Below, in pieces: positions 7,537 to 13,997 of a DNA stretch of 13,997 nucleotides (its first letter is position 1; each line of letters begins with the position of its first letter). The position numbers were made by a program, and so were the translations under genes. The stretch comes from a virus (Duplodnaviria; Heunggongvirae; Uroviricota; Caudoviricetes): positions 1 to 13,997 of the IMG/VR virus record IMGVR_UViG_2609459774_000005, one strand, 5' to 3'. The notes below the pieces were generated by a model. The model was not told the DNA's origin and searched no databases. It saw only the letters and a program-made list of their open reading frames with translations.

Positions 7537-8240
7537 ACATCGCAATTTTTAACGGCAAAGTATCCATGACCAGCGTTGAAATTGCAGAGCTGGTGGGTAA
7601 ACGTCATGACAATGTGAAACGCACTATTGAAACATTAGCCAAAGGTGGCGTTGTCCGGTCTCCTCAAATTGAGGTTTCCGAAAGAATCAATAACTTAGGT
7701 TTTAAAGTTCAATATGAGCATTACCTGTTTGAAGGAGAACAAGGTAAGCGCGACAGCATCATTGTCGTCGCACAGCTCTGTCCTGAATTCACTGCTCGCC
7801 TGGTAGATCGCTGGCGCGAACTGGAAGAACAGATCCGTAAGCCAATGAGCGAAATCGAAATGGTTGCCGCGATGGCTCTTGAAGCAGTTCGTCAGCAGAA
7901 ACGGATCACTCAGGTGGAAGAAAAAGTCAGCCACGTTGCTGAAACAGTCGAGCAAATTAAAAAGGGCACTATTCGTGAGGGCTATGCCGGATATCGCCAA
8001 CTGAAAGCAAAAACCGGTTTGTCAGATGATAAATGCCGCAATCTGGTGAACGCCTATCAGATTCCTACAGACACCCATGAGTTCATGACGCCGGACGGAT
8101 TGTTGTCACGTCGAGCAATTGTTGCTGTGGAACCGTTTATGGCTGCTTTTTATCGGGTTATGGAGGAAGCAGAACCGCGAGGGACTCGCTGGTATCACCC
8201 GAAAATGGGGTTATTTCAGGTTATTGGTTGGCAGCGGTGA
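7533..8240 (+). CDS. Rha-family phage regulatory protein (235 aa)
   Basis: N-terminus (GKVSMTSVEIAELVGKRHDNVKRTIETL) matches the Rha-domain signature. The start overlaps the cro stop (ATGA). Confidence 0.8.
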   Translation: MNIAIFNGKVSMTSVEIAELVGKRHDNVKRTIETLAKGGVVRSPQIEVSERINNLGFKVQYEHYLFEGEQGKRDSIIVVAQLCPEFTARLVDRWRELEEQIRKPMSEIEMVAAMALEAVRQQKRITQVEEKVSHVAETVEQIKKGTIREGYAGYRQLKAKTGLSDDKCRNLVNAYQIPTDTHEFMTPDGLLSRRAIVAVEPFMAAFYRVMEEAEPRGTRWYHPKMGLFQVIGWQR

Positions 8241-8264
8241 AAAAAAAGCCGGGAGTAACCCGGC
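8240..8264 (-). terminator. Hairpin with T-run on the minus strand (A-run on the plus strand) immediately after the Rha gene
   Basis: Plus strand reads eight A then GCCGGG-agtaa-CCCGGC with no downstream T-run. In the minus orientation it is a canonical intrinsic terminator; for plus-strand transcripts it lacks the U-tract. Confidence 0.5.
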
Positions 8265-8371
8265 TCACTCAACATCAATAACGGGGAGCTGTTTCGCATA
8301 AAACGGTTCCGAAACATCCAAGAACAGTTCTAAAGATATCAGCAGCTATATGATCATTTCAAGACCAAATA

Positions 8372-8483
8372 TTGATTCTGCAATTTCGGGACGTTACACT
8401 GTCTCCGCACCTTATAAAGCGGGTGCCGGGGGTCGCAGCCCGGAATTGCATACGGCGATATACGACGCGCCAGCGTCTTTTTT
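8372..8483 (+). ncRNA. Candidate leader or small RNA unit: promoter, two hairpins and an intrinsic terminator
   Basis: TTGATT (8372-8377), 17 nt spacer, TACACT (8395-8400). Downstream hairpins GCACC/GGTGC (8407-8426) and CCGGG/CCCGG (8426-8443), then terminator GACGC-gcca-GCGTC followed by six T (8464-8483). Predicted transcript about 75-80 nt. Not verified by folding. Confidence 0.3.
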
Positions 8484-8649
8484 ATCGTCCGCGCTCACGC
8501 ACGCCAGAATTATGGTGGGCTGGGCAGGGGAGCCGAAAGGCTCGCCGGTTTCCGTATGCGCCGGTACTGCGAACCCTGTTCAGTCTGCCACCAGTGAGTT
8601 TCGCAGCTCCGGTGGTGGAAGTTATCCATTGCATACGGAGGCTGCCATC

Positions 8650-9012
8650 ATGGCTACAGTCCCAACTTCCCCATACCTGAAAATTGAAGTTGTCAACGGC
8701 AAGGCCGTTATTTTCTCCCTGCATGTTGCCTGCCACTTTAAGCGCATGCACCAGAACATCGTCGACAAAATCGAGTATCTGAACTGCTCACGCGAGTTTT
8801 TTACCCGCAATTTCATACCGGGTACTTATCACATCTACGGTGACTCCCTGCGTGGTTATTACATCACCCTTGATGGCCTGATGATGCTTCAGCTTGGGTT
8901 AAGTCTGCGCACAATGCGGTACTACGAGAGCTGCATTGAAGCATTCCATGAGGCAGAGAACAGCCTGAATCTTACCGCTTTCTGCTGTAATCAATGGGAG
9001 GTGCGCCCATGA
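8650..9012 (+). CDS. Hypothetical protein (120 aa), first gene of the replication operon
   Basis: Start assigned to the ATG at 8650, preceded by GGAGG at 8637-8641. The upstream 100 in-frame codons are low-complexity Ala/Gly/Ser/Pro-rich and are treated as noncoding. Confidence 0.5.
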   Translation: MATVPTSPYLKIEVVNGKAVIFSLHVACHFKRMHQNIVDKIEYLNCSREFFTRNFIPGTYHIYGDSLRGYYITLDGLMMLQLGLSLRTMRYYESCIEAFHEAENSLNLTAFCCNQWEVRP

Positions 9013-9233
9013 TTCGCCGCGTCGTTAATTCCCTGTATCACCGATACAACCGTTGCCCCCGTGTGGGGCAGTGGTTCGCCACCAGCAACGGTCACGTTCT
9101 GCGGGTTTGCCTAGTCAACGCTGAAAGCCAGAAAGTCGTGTGCGAACTACAGGGGCGTAGCTACACCATCAGTTACCCTCTGGCGGTATTTCTGTCTGGA
9201 AAAATGTTTAAGCGTCTGGGAGGTGTGGCGTGA
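9009..9233 (+). CDS. Hypothetical Cys-containing small protein (74 aa)
   Basis: ATG at 9009 preceded by GGGAGGTG and overlapping the upstream stop. Confidence 0.5.
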   Translation: MIRRVVNSLYHRYNRCPRVGQWFATSNGHVLRVCLVNAESQKVVCELQGRSYTISYPLAVFLSGKMFKRLGGVA

Positions 9234-9529
9234 ACTGTTTTCAGTTTGTGTGCGGATGTGCTTTCGATAACCCGATTCAGCGCCTGATTATGTTGCGTGT
9301 TTTGATGTCGGGTTCTTCAGACGGTGAAGGCGAGAGAGTTATTGATCATCAGGTGCTTGCTGATTTCTGCTGTTGTTCTAAGCAAGCGATATTCAGGGAA
9401 ACCCTGGCACTGGAAAGAGCTGGTTATCTTCATATCCAAAAAATTGCAACGCTTACTATTGATGCAAAAGCCAGACTACAACCTGCGCGTGGCTACACAA
9501 TTCTCATGCCGCGGAAGGAGGTTGTATGA
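9230..9529 (+). CDS. Hypothetical protein (99 aa), GTG start, possible winged-helix DNA-binding protein
   Basis: GTG at 9230 preceded by GGAGGTG (6 nt spacer) and overlapping the upstream stop (GTGA). The winged-helix guess rests only on the segment SKQAIFRETLALERAGYL. Confidence 0.45.
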   Translation: MNCFQFVCGCAFDNPIQRLIMLRVLMSGSSDGEGERVIDHQVLADFCCCSKQAIFRETLALERAGYLHIQKIATLTIDAKARLQPARGYTILMPRKEVV

Positions 9530-10518
9530 GCCGTTACGCCCCCACACCGGAAGTTATGGCTATTGGTCAAATTAATATTTCCGGCAATGTTACACCTGCG
9601 AACTGGTGGAAATATATTCGACTACCCAGTGGGCGTCCGGATGCGACGGCTATCGCTCTGCTTTCAGAGATCGTTTACTGGTACCGCCCGACAGAGGTCA
9701 GGGATGAGCACACCGGAGCGTTGCTGGGATATCGCAAGCGTTTTCAGGGCGACAAACTGCAAAGAAGCTACCAGGCGTTTGCTGAGCAGTTTGGTTTCGG
9801 GAAAAGGGAAACCGCAGATGCGCTGAAGCGTCTGCGCGATGCAGGGTTTATTACTCTGGATTTACGCACGGTGGAAATGCTCGATGGGGTGAAATGCAGC
9901 AATATTTTGTTTGTCGGGATCAACCCACAGGCAATTGCGGCCATCACCACACCTTCTTCTGTTTCGCCAGAAAGTAACAGCAATAATGCAATCAGCGATA
10001 CAGCTATTACGTTAAAACGGAACACCCCCCGACGTCATAACGGAACAGGGGATACGCCGAATGTTGATACAAATACAGAGATTACTACAGAGATTACAAC
10101 GGAGACTAAAAACACTATTGATGCATCCGCTGACGCGTCTGCGCCAGCGCGTTCTGCCCGACAGGAATATTCACCGGAATTTGAACAGGCCTGGCAGGAA
10201 TATCCCAAACGTGCTGGTGGCAATTCCAAGTCAGCAGCCTTCAAAGCCTGGAAAGCCCGTATCAGGGAGGGAATAAAACCGGAGACCATGCTTGATGGCG
10301 TGAAGCGGTATGCCGCCTGGGTACGTGCTACAGGAAATACCGGCACACAGTTCGTGAAGCAGGCTGCGACGTTCTTTGGACCCGATCGTCACTTCGAAGA
10401 TTACTGGCAACAGCCAGCCGCTCACGGAGGTGGGCGACAGCGACAGGTCGATGTCCTGGCTGGCCTGGGAGCCATGTCTGACAAATTCGGTAAATCCAGT
10501 AACAAATTGACATTCTGA
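9526..10518 (+). CDS. Phage replication initiation protein (O-like replisome organiser, 330 aa)
   Basis: N-terminal region resembles phage replisome-organiser domains. The central part is a low-complexity Thr/Glu-rich linker encoded by tandem DNA repeats. Conserved-looking C-terminal domain (EYSPEFEQAWQEYPKRAGG...FFGPDRHFEDYWQ). Start overlaps the upstream stop (ATGA). Confidence 0.75.
   Translation: MSRYAPTPEVMAIGQINISGNVTPANWWKYIRLPSGRPDATAIALLSEIVYWYRPTEVRDEHTGALLGYRKRFQGDKLQRSYQAFAEQFGFGKRETADALKRLRDAGFITLDLRTVEMLDGVKCSNILFVGINPQAIAAITTPSSVSPESNSNNAISDTAITLKRNTPRRHNGTGDTPNVDTNTEITTEITTETKNTIDASADASAPARSARQEYSPEFEQAWQEYPKRAGGNSKSAAFKAWKARIREGIKPETMLDGVKRYAAWVRATGNTGTQFVKQAATFFGPDRHFEDYWQQPAAHGGGRQRQVDVLAGLGAMSDKFGKSSNKLTF
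10075..10110 (+). repeat. Tandem 12 bp iteron-like direct repeats inside the replication initiator gene (candidate origin)
   Basis: ACAGAGATTACT (10075-10086), ACAGAGATTACA (10087-10098) and a degenerate ACGGAGACTAAA (10099-10110), followed by an A-rich stretch. They encode the TEITTEITTETK segment. Confidence 0.5.
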
Positions 10519-10519
10519 G

Positions 10520-10873
10520 GTGACAGCGATGATGACGATTGACCAACGTGAGAAACAAACAAGACTACAGGCGCGAATGGATGAGTTACGGGCAGAGATT
10601 GCATTTGCTCAGAATGGCGAAAAGCCATGGCCTTACCGTGCCTGTCGGGAATCTGAAGGGGTTGGATGCTGCGAAAAACACGGTAAATATCGTACGCATA
10701 TACTGGTGTGGGATGATCGGCAGGGGGGCGCTGTCTCAAAAATTTCCCGCTGTCGGGAGCATCACAACGAGCTTCATGCGGATCCGCTGGTATTCGAAGA
10801 AAAGCATGGTTCCCAGGTTGATTTAATTTTTCATTTTCTTGATCACGCCTTTGCAACCGGCGTGCTTGGGTAA
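10520..10873 (+). CDS. Hypothetical Cys/His-rich protein (117 aa), nin-region-like
   Basis: RBS GAGGTGA before the ATG. Clustered Cys/His residues (CRESEGVGCCEKHGKYRTH ... CREHHNELH) suggest metal binding; no definite family assigned. Confidence 0.5.
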   Translation: MTAMMTIDQREKQTRLQARMDELRAEIAFAQNGEKPWPYRACRESEGVGCCEKHGKYRTHILVWDDRQGGAVSKISRCREHHNELHADPLVFEEKHGSQVDLIFHFLDHAFATGVLG

Positions 10874-10885
10874 AAGAGGTTACTG

Positions 10886-11245
10886 ATGCGTATAGAGTTT
10901 GTTTTGCCTTATCCGCCAACGGTGAACACCTACTGGCGACGTCGTGACAACACATATTTTGTATCAAAAGCCGGTGAGCGTTATCGCCGGGATGTGGCGC
11001 TAATTGTTCGCGAGCAGCGGCTGAAATTAAACCTGTCCGGACGGCTGGCGATAAAGGTGATTGCAGAGCCACCGGATAAGCGCCGTCGTGACCTGGACAA
11101 TATTCTGAAAGCACCACTGGATGCACTGACACATGCGGGGTTGCTTATCGACGACGAGCAGTTTGATGAAATCAATATTGTGCGCGGACTGCCTGTTCCT
11201 GGTGGTCGGTTGGGGATAAAAATCACAGAGCTGGAGTGCGCATGA
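10886..11245 (+). CDS. rusA: RusA-family Holliday junction resolvase (119 aa)
   Basis: N-terminal LPYPPTVNTYWRRR and central RRRDLDNILKAPLDALTHAGLLIDD match the RusA pattern (LPWPPSNN...RRRDLDN...KA.FDAL). Typical nin-region position. Confidence 0.9.
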   Translation: MRIEFVLPYPPTVNTYWRRRDNTYFVSKAGERYRRDVALIVREQRLKLNLSGRLAIKVIAEPPDKRRRDLDNILKAPLDALTHAGLLIDDEQFDEINIVRGLPVPGGRLGIKITELECA

Positions 11246-11931
11246 ATAACCAGTATTTACAGTTTGTTCGTGAGCAGCTCATTATCGCCACCGCCGATTT
11301 GAGTGGGGCAACAAAAGGTCAGCTTGAAGCCTGGCAGGAGAATGCCATGTTTGATACAGGACGTTACAGACGTAAAAAAATCCGGTACCGCGATAAGGTC
11401 ACTGGAAAAATGGTAACGCTGGATAATCCACCGATCCCGGGAAAGCAATCGCTGGCGAAAGGTTCATCAATTGCCCTGGTCAGTCCGGTTGAGTTTTCGA
11501 CATCATCATGGCGACGCGCCGTTCTGTCTCTTGAAGAGCATCAGAAGGCGTGGGTGCTGTGGGTATACAGTGAAAATCCGAGTTGGGATTATCAGGTGGT
11601 CATTGCGAAATGGGCGTGGGATAAGTTTCAGGTGCATTTTGGCACCAGAAAAATTACAGGGAAAACGCTTGAGCGTCTGAAGAAATTAATCTGGCTGGCG
11701 GCGCAGGATGTCAGGGGGAGGATTACTGGGCGTGACGTCTACCAGCGACAGGAACTTGCCAGACTGTGTGGAGTTAAGCCTGACAACTGGAGCCATAATT
11801 ATGCGAACTACTGGCGTGAGATGTGCGACATTTTTAAGAAACTCGATACAGAATCCTTGATTTGCACCGTGAAAATGAGATCGCAACAAAAAGCGACCTT
11901 TTCACGACGAGATATTGCAAAAGTCAATTAA
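11242..11931 (+). CDS. Putative late-gene antiterminator (Q-like), 229 aa
   Basis: Call is by position only: last gene of the rightward early operon, immediately after rusA and immediately before a strong intrinsic terminator. No Q motif was verified. Start set at the ATG at 11242, overlapping the rusA stop (ATGA). Confidence 0.55.
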   Translation: MNNQYLQFVREQLIIATADLSGATKGQLEAWQENAMFDTGRYRRKKIRYRDKVTGKMVTLDNPPIPGKQSLAKGSSIALVSPVEFSTSSWRRAVLSLEEHQKAWVLWVYSENPSWDYQVVIAKWAWDKFQVHFGTRKITGKTLERLKKLIWLAAQDVRGRITGRDVYQRQELARLCGVKPDNWSHNYANYWREMCDIFKKLDTESLICTVKMRSQQKATFSRRDIAKVN

Positions 11932-11977
11932 ATCGCATACATTTTATGTAAATGTGATATTTTGCCGTATAGTGTGT

Positions 11978-12002
11978 AAACCCGCTTAAATGCGGGTTTT
12001 TT
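11978..12002 (+). terminator. Strong intrinsic terminator downstream of the Q-like gene
   Basis: AAACCCGC-ttaaat-GCGGGTTT followed by a T-run (11997-12002), 47 nt after the Q-like stop codon. Confidence 0.75.
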
Positions 12003-12032
12003 GCTTAACTCTGTGGACCTTTTTATCTGTAG

Positions 12033-12057
12033 TTGTAAGATATGGATATTCTTACAA
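12033..12057. promoter_or_regulatory. Perfect 8 bp inverted repeat (TTGTAAGA, 9 nt spacer, TCTTACAA) upstream of the kinase gene
   Basis: Palindrome at 12033-12057 between the terminator and the kinase start codon. Candidate operator or 5'-UTR hairpin. Confidence 0.4.
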
Positions 12058-12075
12058 TTTAGGTCGGTGAGCTTA

Positions 12076-12840
12076 ATGGAAGAACAGCACGGTAATTACT
12101 TTATAAAACGAATTCAGTTGATTGGAAGGGGTGCATTTGGCTTTGTTGAACACGTTAAGGTTTACAACCTCAACAAGGGTGAATGTGGGGATTATGCTAG
12201 AAAGGTTTTAGCCCCCGAAAAACCAGAGCTTTTGGCGCAAATAGAGCAGTTTAGAAGGCGTTTTAAAAGGGAGGTCGTGTATCAATCACATTGCGTACAT
12301 AGCAATATTGTTCCTATTTATTTGTGCGATTTGTTTGCCGAGAATCCATGGTTCATTATGGATAAAGCAGAATGTGATCTTGAGCACGAAATAACGAACA
12401 ACCTTCTTACAACAGATCAAAAAATTTCAATAGTGAAAATGGTATTAGATGGTGTAGCTCACATCCATGCGAAAGGCTATTTACACAGAGATATAAAACC
12501 ATTTAATGTCTTGCGATTTAGCGACGGAACATACAAGGTGTCTGATTTTGGTCTGGTAAAAGATACAAATCCCGAAGGGGATACCACTAAATTGACCGAG
12601 ATCGGTACCCGTATGGGAAGTACAAGATATATGGCTCCCGAGATTTTATATAATGCCGAGTATTCAGTTAAGACTGATGTTTATGCGGTGGGGCGGTTAA
12701 TTGAGGACTTAAATTTAGATGATAAAAAAATAAAGCCTATCATAGCGAAGTGTACCAGGATGGATAAAGATGATAGATATCAGACAATAGATGATGTGGC
12801 GTTTGATTTTGTGCATTCTTTTTTAAGGAGTGAGTCATGA
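12076..12840 (+). CDS. Hanks-type (eukaryotic-like) Ser/Thr protein kinase (254 aa)
   Basis: Catalytic signatures present in the canonical order: Gly-rich loop IGRGAFGFV, invariant Lys in YARKVL, alpha-C Glu in FKREV, catalytic loop LHRDIKPFN, SDFG, YMAPE, and DVYAVG. Start trimmed to the ATG at 12076. Visibly AT-rich. Confidence 0.9.
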   Translation: MEEQHGNYFIKRIQLIGRGAFGFVEHVKVYNLNKGECGDYARKVLAPEKPELLAQIEQFRRRFKREVVYQSHCVHSNIVPIYLCDLFAENPWFIMDKAECDLEHEITNNLLTTDQKISIVKMVLDGVAHIHAKGYLHRDIKPFNVLRFSDGTYKVSDFGLVKDTNPEGDTTKLTEIGTRMGSTRYMAPEILYNAEYSVKTDVYAVGRLIEDLNLDDKKIKPIIAKCTRMDKDDRYQTIDDVAFDFVHSFLRSES

Positions 12841-13580
12841 TTCAGCTGATAGCGACTTCATCATTCTCGTATCCAAAAGAACCAGGTAGGGTCAACGAAG
12901 ATTCATTGCTTCCTCCCAAAATTGTAGGGGATGGCATCTTATTTGCCGTAGCTGATGGTGTAGGTTCATACACTGGTGCCAGTCAGGCTTCATCAATGGC
13001 AATTGCTGAACTTTCAGCATTGACAAGCTTATCTTTTGACACAGTTCCGGATGTATTTGATGAAGTTAAGCGAAAGGTTATGTCGTTAGCTGATGTTAAT
13101 GATGAGTTCGATAAAGCTGCTACTACACTTACGTTTTGTTATGTTTGTGATAGCGGAATTATTATTGGTCATATTGGTGATTGTCGTTTGTATTGCATTG
13201 GAGAGAAGAAAGCATACCAATTGACGAAGGACGATACCAGGCATCAGATGCTAATTGATCAGAATATTTTTAAACCCAGAGATTTGAAGGATAAACCGGG
13301 CAAAAATATCTTAACGACGGCTATAGCCTCAAATGTTGATATGGAATACGACTGTGATTTTATCACATGGAAAGATTTACCTAGTATTAACGGGGTATAT
13401 CATCTGTGTATCATGTCTGATGGGGTTCATAACGTTTGGGAAAAACGCCCCAGATTTACATCAAATACGATGAGTAATAGTCAGAAGTTTTCTAATGGCA
13501 TTTTGCGTCGTATAGAGAGAGCCGGACCTGATGATGACTTTTCTTTAGTAAGTATAATGGTGCGTGTGACGTCAGATTAG
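12837..13580 (+). CDS. PP2C-family (PPM) Ser/Thr phosphatase (247 aa)
   Basis: PPM motifs present: VNEDS near the N-terminus, FAVADGVG (DGxGG-type metal-binding motif), IGDCRLY (GDSR-type), MSDGVHN and C-terminal GPDDDFS. The start overlaps the kinase stop (ATGA), indicating translational coupling. Confidence 0.85.
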   Translation: MIQLIATSSFSYPKEPGRVNEDSLLPPKIVGDGILFAVADGVGSYTGASQASSMAIAELSALTSLSFDTVPDVFDEVKRKVMSLADVNDEFDKAATTLTFCYVCDSGIIIGHIGDCRLYCIGEKKAYQLTKDDTRHQMLIDQNIFKPRDLKDKPGKNILTTAIASNVDMEYDCDFITWKDLPSINGVYHLCIMSDGVHNVWEKRPRFTSNTMSNSQKFSNGILRRIERAGPDDDFSLVSIMVRVTSD

Positions 13581-13650
13581 TTGTATAAACTCAGTAGGGA
13601 ATGCTAATTTCACATACAACATAGTTAAAGAAAACTTAATTTTAATGTAA

Positions 13651-13677
13651 AAAGGCTGCCCTCAGGCGGTCTTTTTA
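13651..13677. terminator. Bidirectional-looking intrinsic terminator after the phosphatase gene
   Basis: AAA-GGCTGCC-ctca-GGCGGTC-TTTTT: a 7 bp stem including two G-U wobble pairs, flanked by an A-run upstream and a T-run downstream. Confidence 0.55.
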
Positions 13678-13799
13678 TGCTCGAAAATTGATGCAGTACG
13701 TTAAACGCGCTGGTGGTTGCGAATACCGGTCTTTCAGCTTGCTGGCTTTTTAGACAAGAGTTATTGGTATGTCACGTTAACCAGAAAAGGGAAAAAGGC

Positions 13800-13997
13800 A
13801 TGCTAAAACAGCTGGATATGACCGAAACCGCCAGAGTGGTGTTTAATGAATTAAGCGTCACCGAACCGGCGACCGTCGGGGAAATTGCGCAGAATACTTA
13901 CCTTTCACGCGAACGCTGCCAGTTAATACTGACTCAGCTTGTTATGGCGGGTCTGGCAGATTATCAGTTCGGTTGTTACAGACGCCTTCCGCAGTGA
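13800..13997 (+). CDS. Small PapI/FaeA-like winged-helix regulator (65 aa)
   Basis: Start trimmed to the ATG at 13800, preceded by a purine-rich RBS. The segment EPATVGEIAQNTYLSRERCQLILTQLVMAGL resembles the PapI/FaeA family core. The stop codon is the last three bases of the window. Confidence 0.45.
   Translation: MLKQLDMTETARVVFNELSVTEPATVGEIAQNTYLSRERCQLILTQLVMAGLADYQFGCYRRLPQ

Larger units (their letters stand above)
1..13997. mobile_element. Lambdoid prophage segment (integration module, immunity region, replication module, nin-like region with RusA and Q-like gene, plus moron cargo); neither attachment site lies in the window
   Basis: Gene order and orientation match the lambdoid plan: leftward int/xis operon, divergent cI/cro pair, rightward replication genes, rusA, Q-like gene followed by a terminator. 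Most rightward genes are linked by ATGA/GTGA stop-start overlaps. Confidence 0.8.

Noticed and set aside
7695-8000. 101-aa minus-strand ORF inside the Rha gene
   Set aside because: Antisense to a gene with a clear family signature; no independent support.
8350-8649. N-terminal 100 codons of the long ORF 8350-9012
   Set aside because: The translation is low-complexity Ala/Gly/Ser/Pro/Arg-rich, lacks an RBS at 8350, and contains hairpins, a T-run terminator and repeated octamers. A strong GGAGG sits just before the internal ATG at 8650. Treated as a noncoding leader, though a longer protein cannot be strictly excluded.
10035-10346. 103-aa minus-strand ORF across the repeat region of the replication gene
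   Set aside because: Antisense to the replication initiator; its repetitive translation (VVISVVISV) is simply the reverse reading of the tandem DNA repeats.
10422-11132. 236-aa minus-strand ORF
   Set aside because: It is antisense to the Cys/His-rich gene and rusA, and its translation is Pro/Arg/Ser-rich, typical of a spurious antisense frame in GC-rich coding DNA.
11932-12002. Q-dependent late promoter (PR'-like) with the hairpin as its downstream terminator
   Set aside because: The only reasonable -10 candidate (TATAGT, 11968-11973) lies less than 10 nt before the hairpin, too close for a promoter-terminator pair. The hairpin is annotated as the terminator of the early operon and the late promoter is left unassigned.
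1-13997. CRISPR arrays, tRNA/tmRNA genes, rRNA, or attachment-site repeats
   Set aside because: No regularly spaced direct repeats and no tRNA-like sequence were seen. The window starts at the integrase stop codon, so attL and any target tRNA lie outside it.

Overview
This window reads as the left and central part of a lambdoid (lambda-like) prophage from an enterobacterial genome, with at least three accessory modules inserted at classic moron positions. All calls rest on reading the sequence and ORF translations by eye; no database search, RNA folding or composition calculation was run. Layout, left to right: a leftward operon ending in excisionase and a tyrosine integrase (1-1606), carrying unknown small genes and an SPFH/band-7 lipoprotein with a small membrane partner (1765-4678); an AT-rich accessory island next to the repressor gene (4874-6306); a cI-like LexA/S24 repressor divergent from a YdaS/Cro-like gene and a Rha-family regulator (6423-8240); a roughly 380 bp structured noncoding leader (8265-8649); a translationally coupled replication operon whose initiator gene contains iteron-like repeats (8650-10518); a nin-like region with RusA and a Q-like antiterminator candidate (10520-11931); and, after a strong terminator, an AT-rich Hanks-type Ser/Thr kinase plus PP2C phosphatase pair (12076-13580). 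The kinase-phosphatase pair is the most interesting candidate system (possible kinase-based phage exclusion or abortive infection), followed by the SPFH module and the repressor-adjacent HTH-protein pair. No rRNA, tRNA or CRISPR array was seen.
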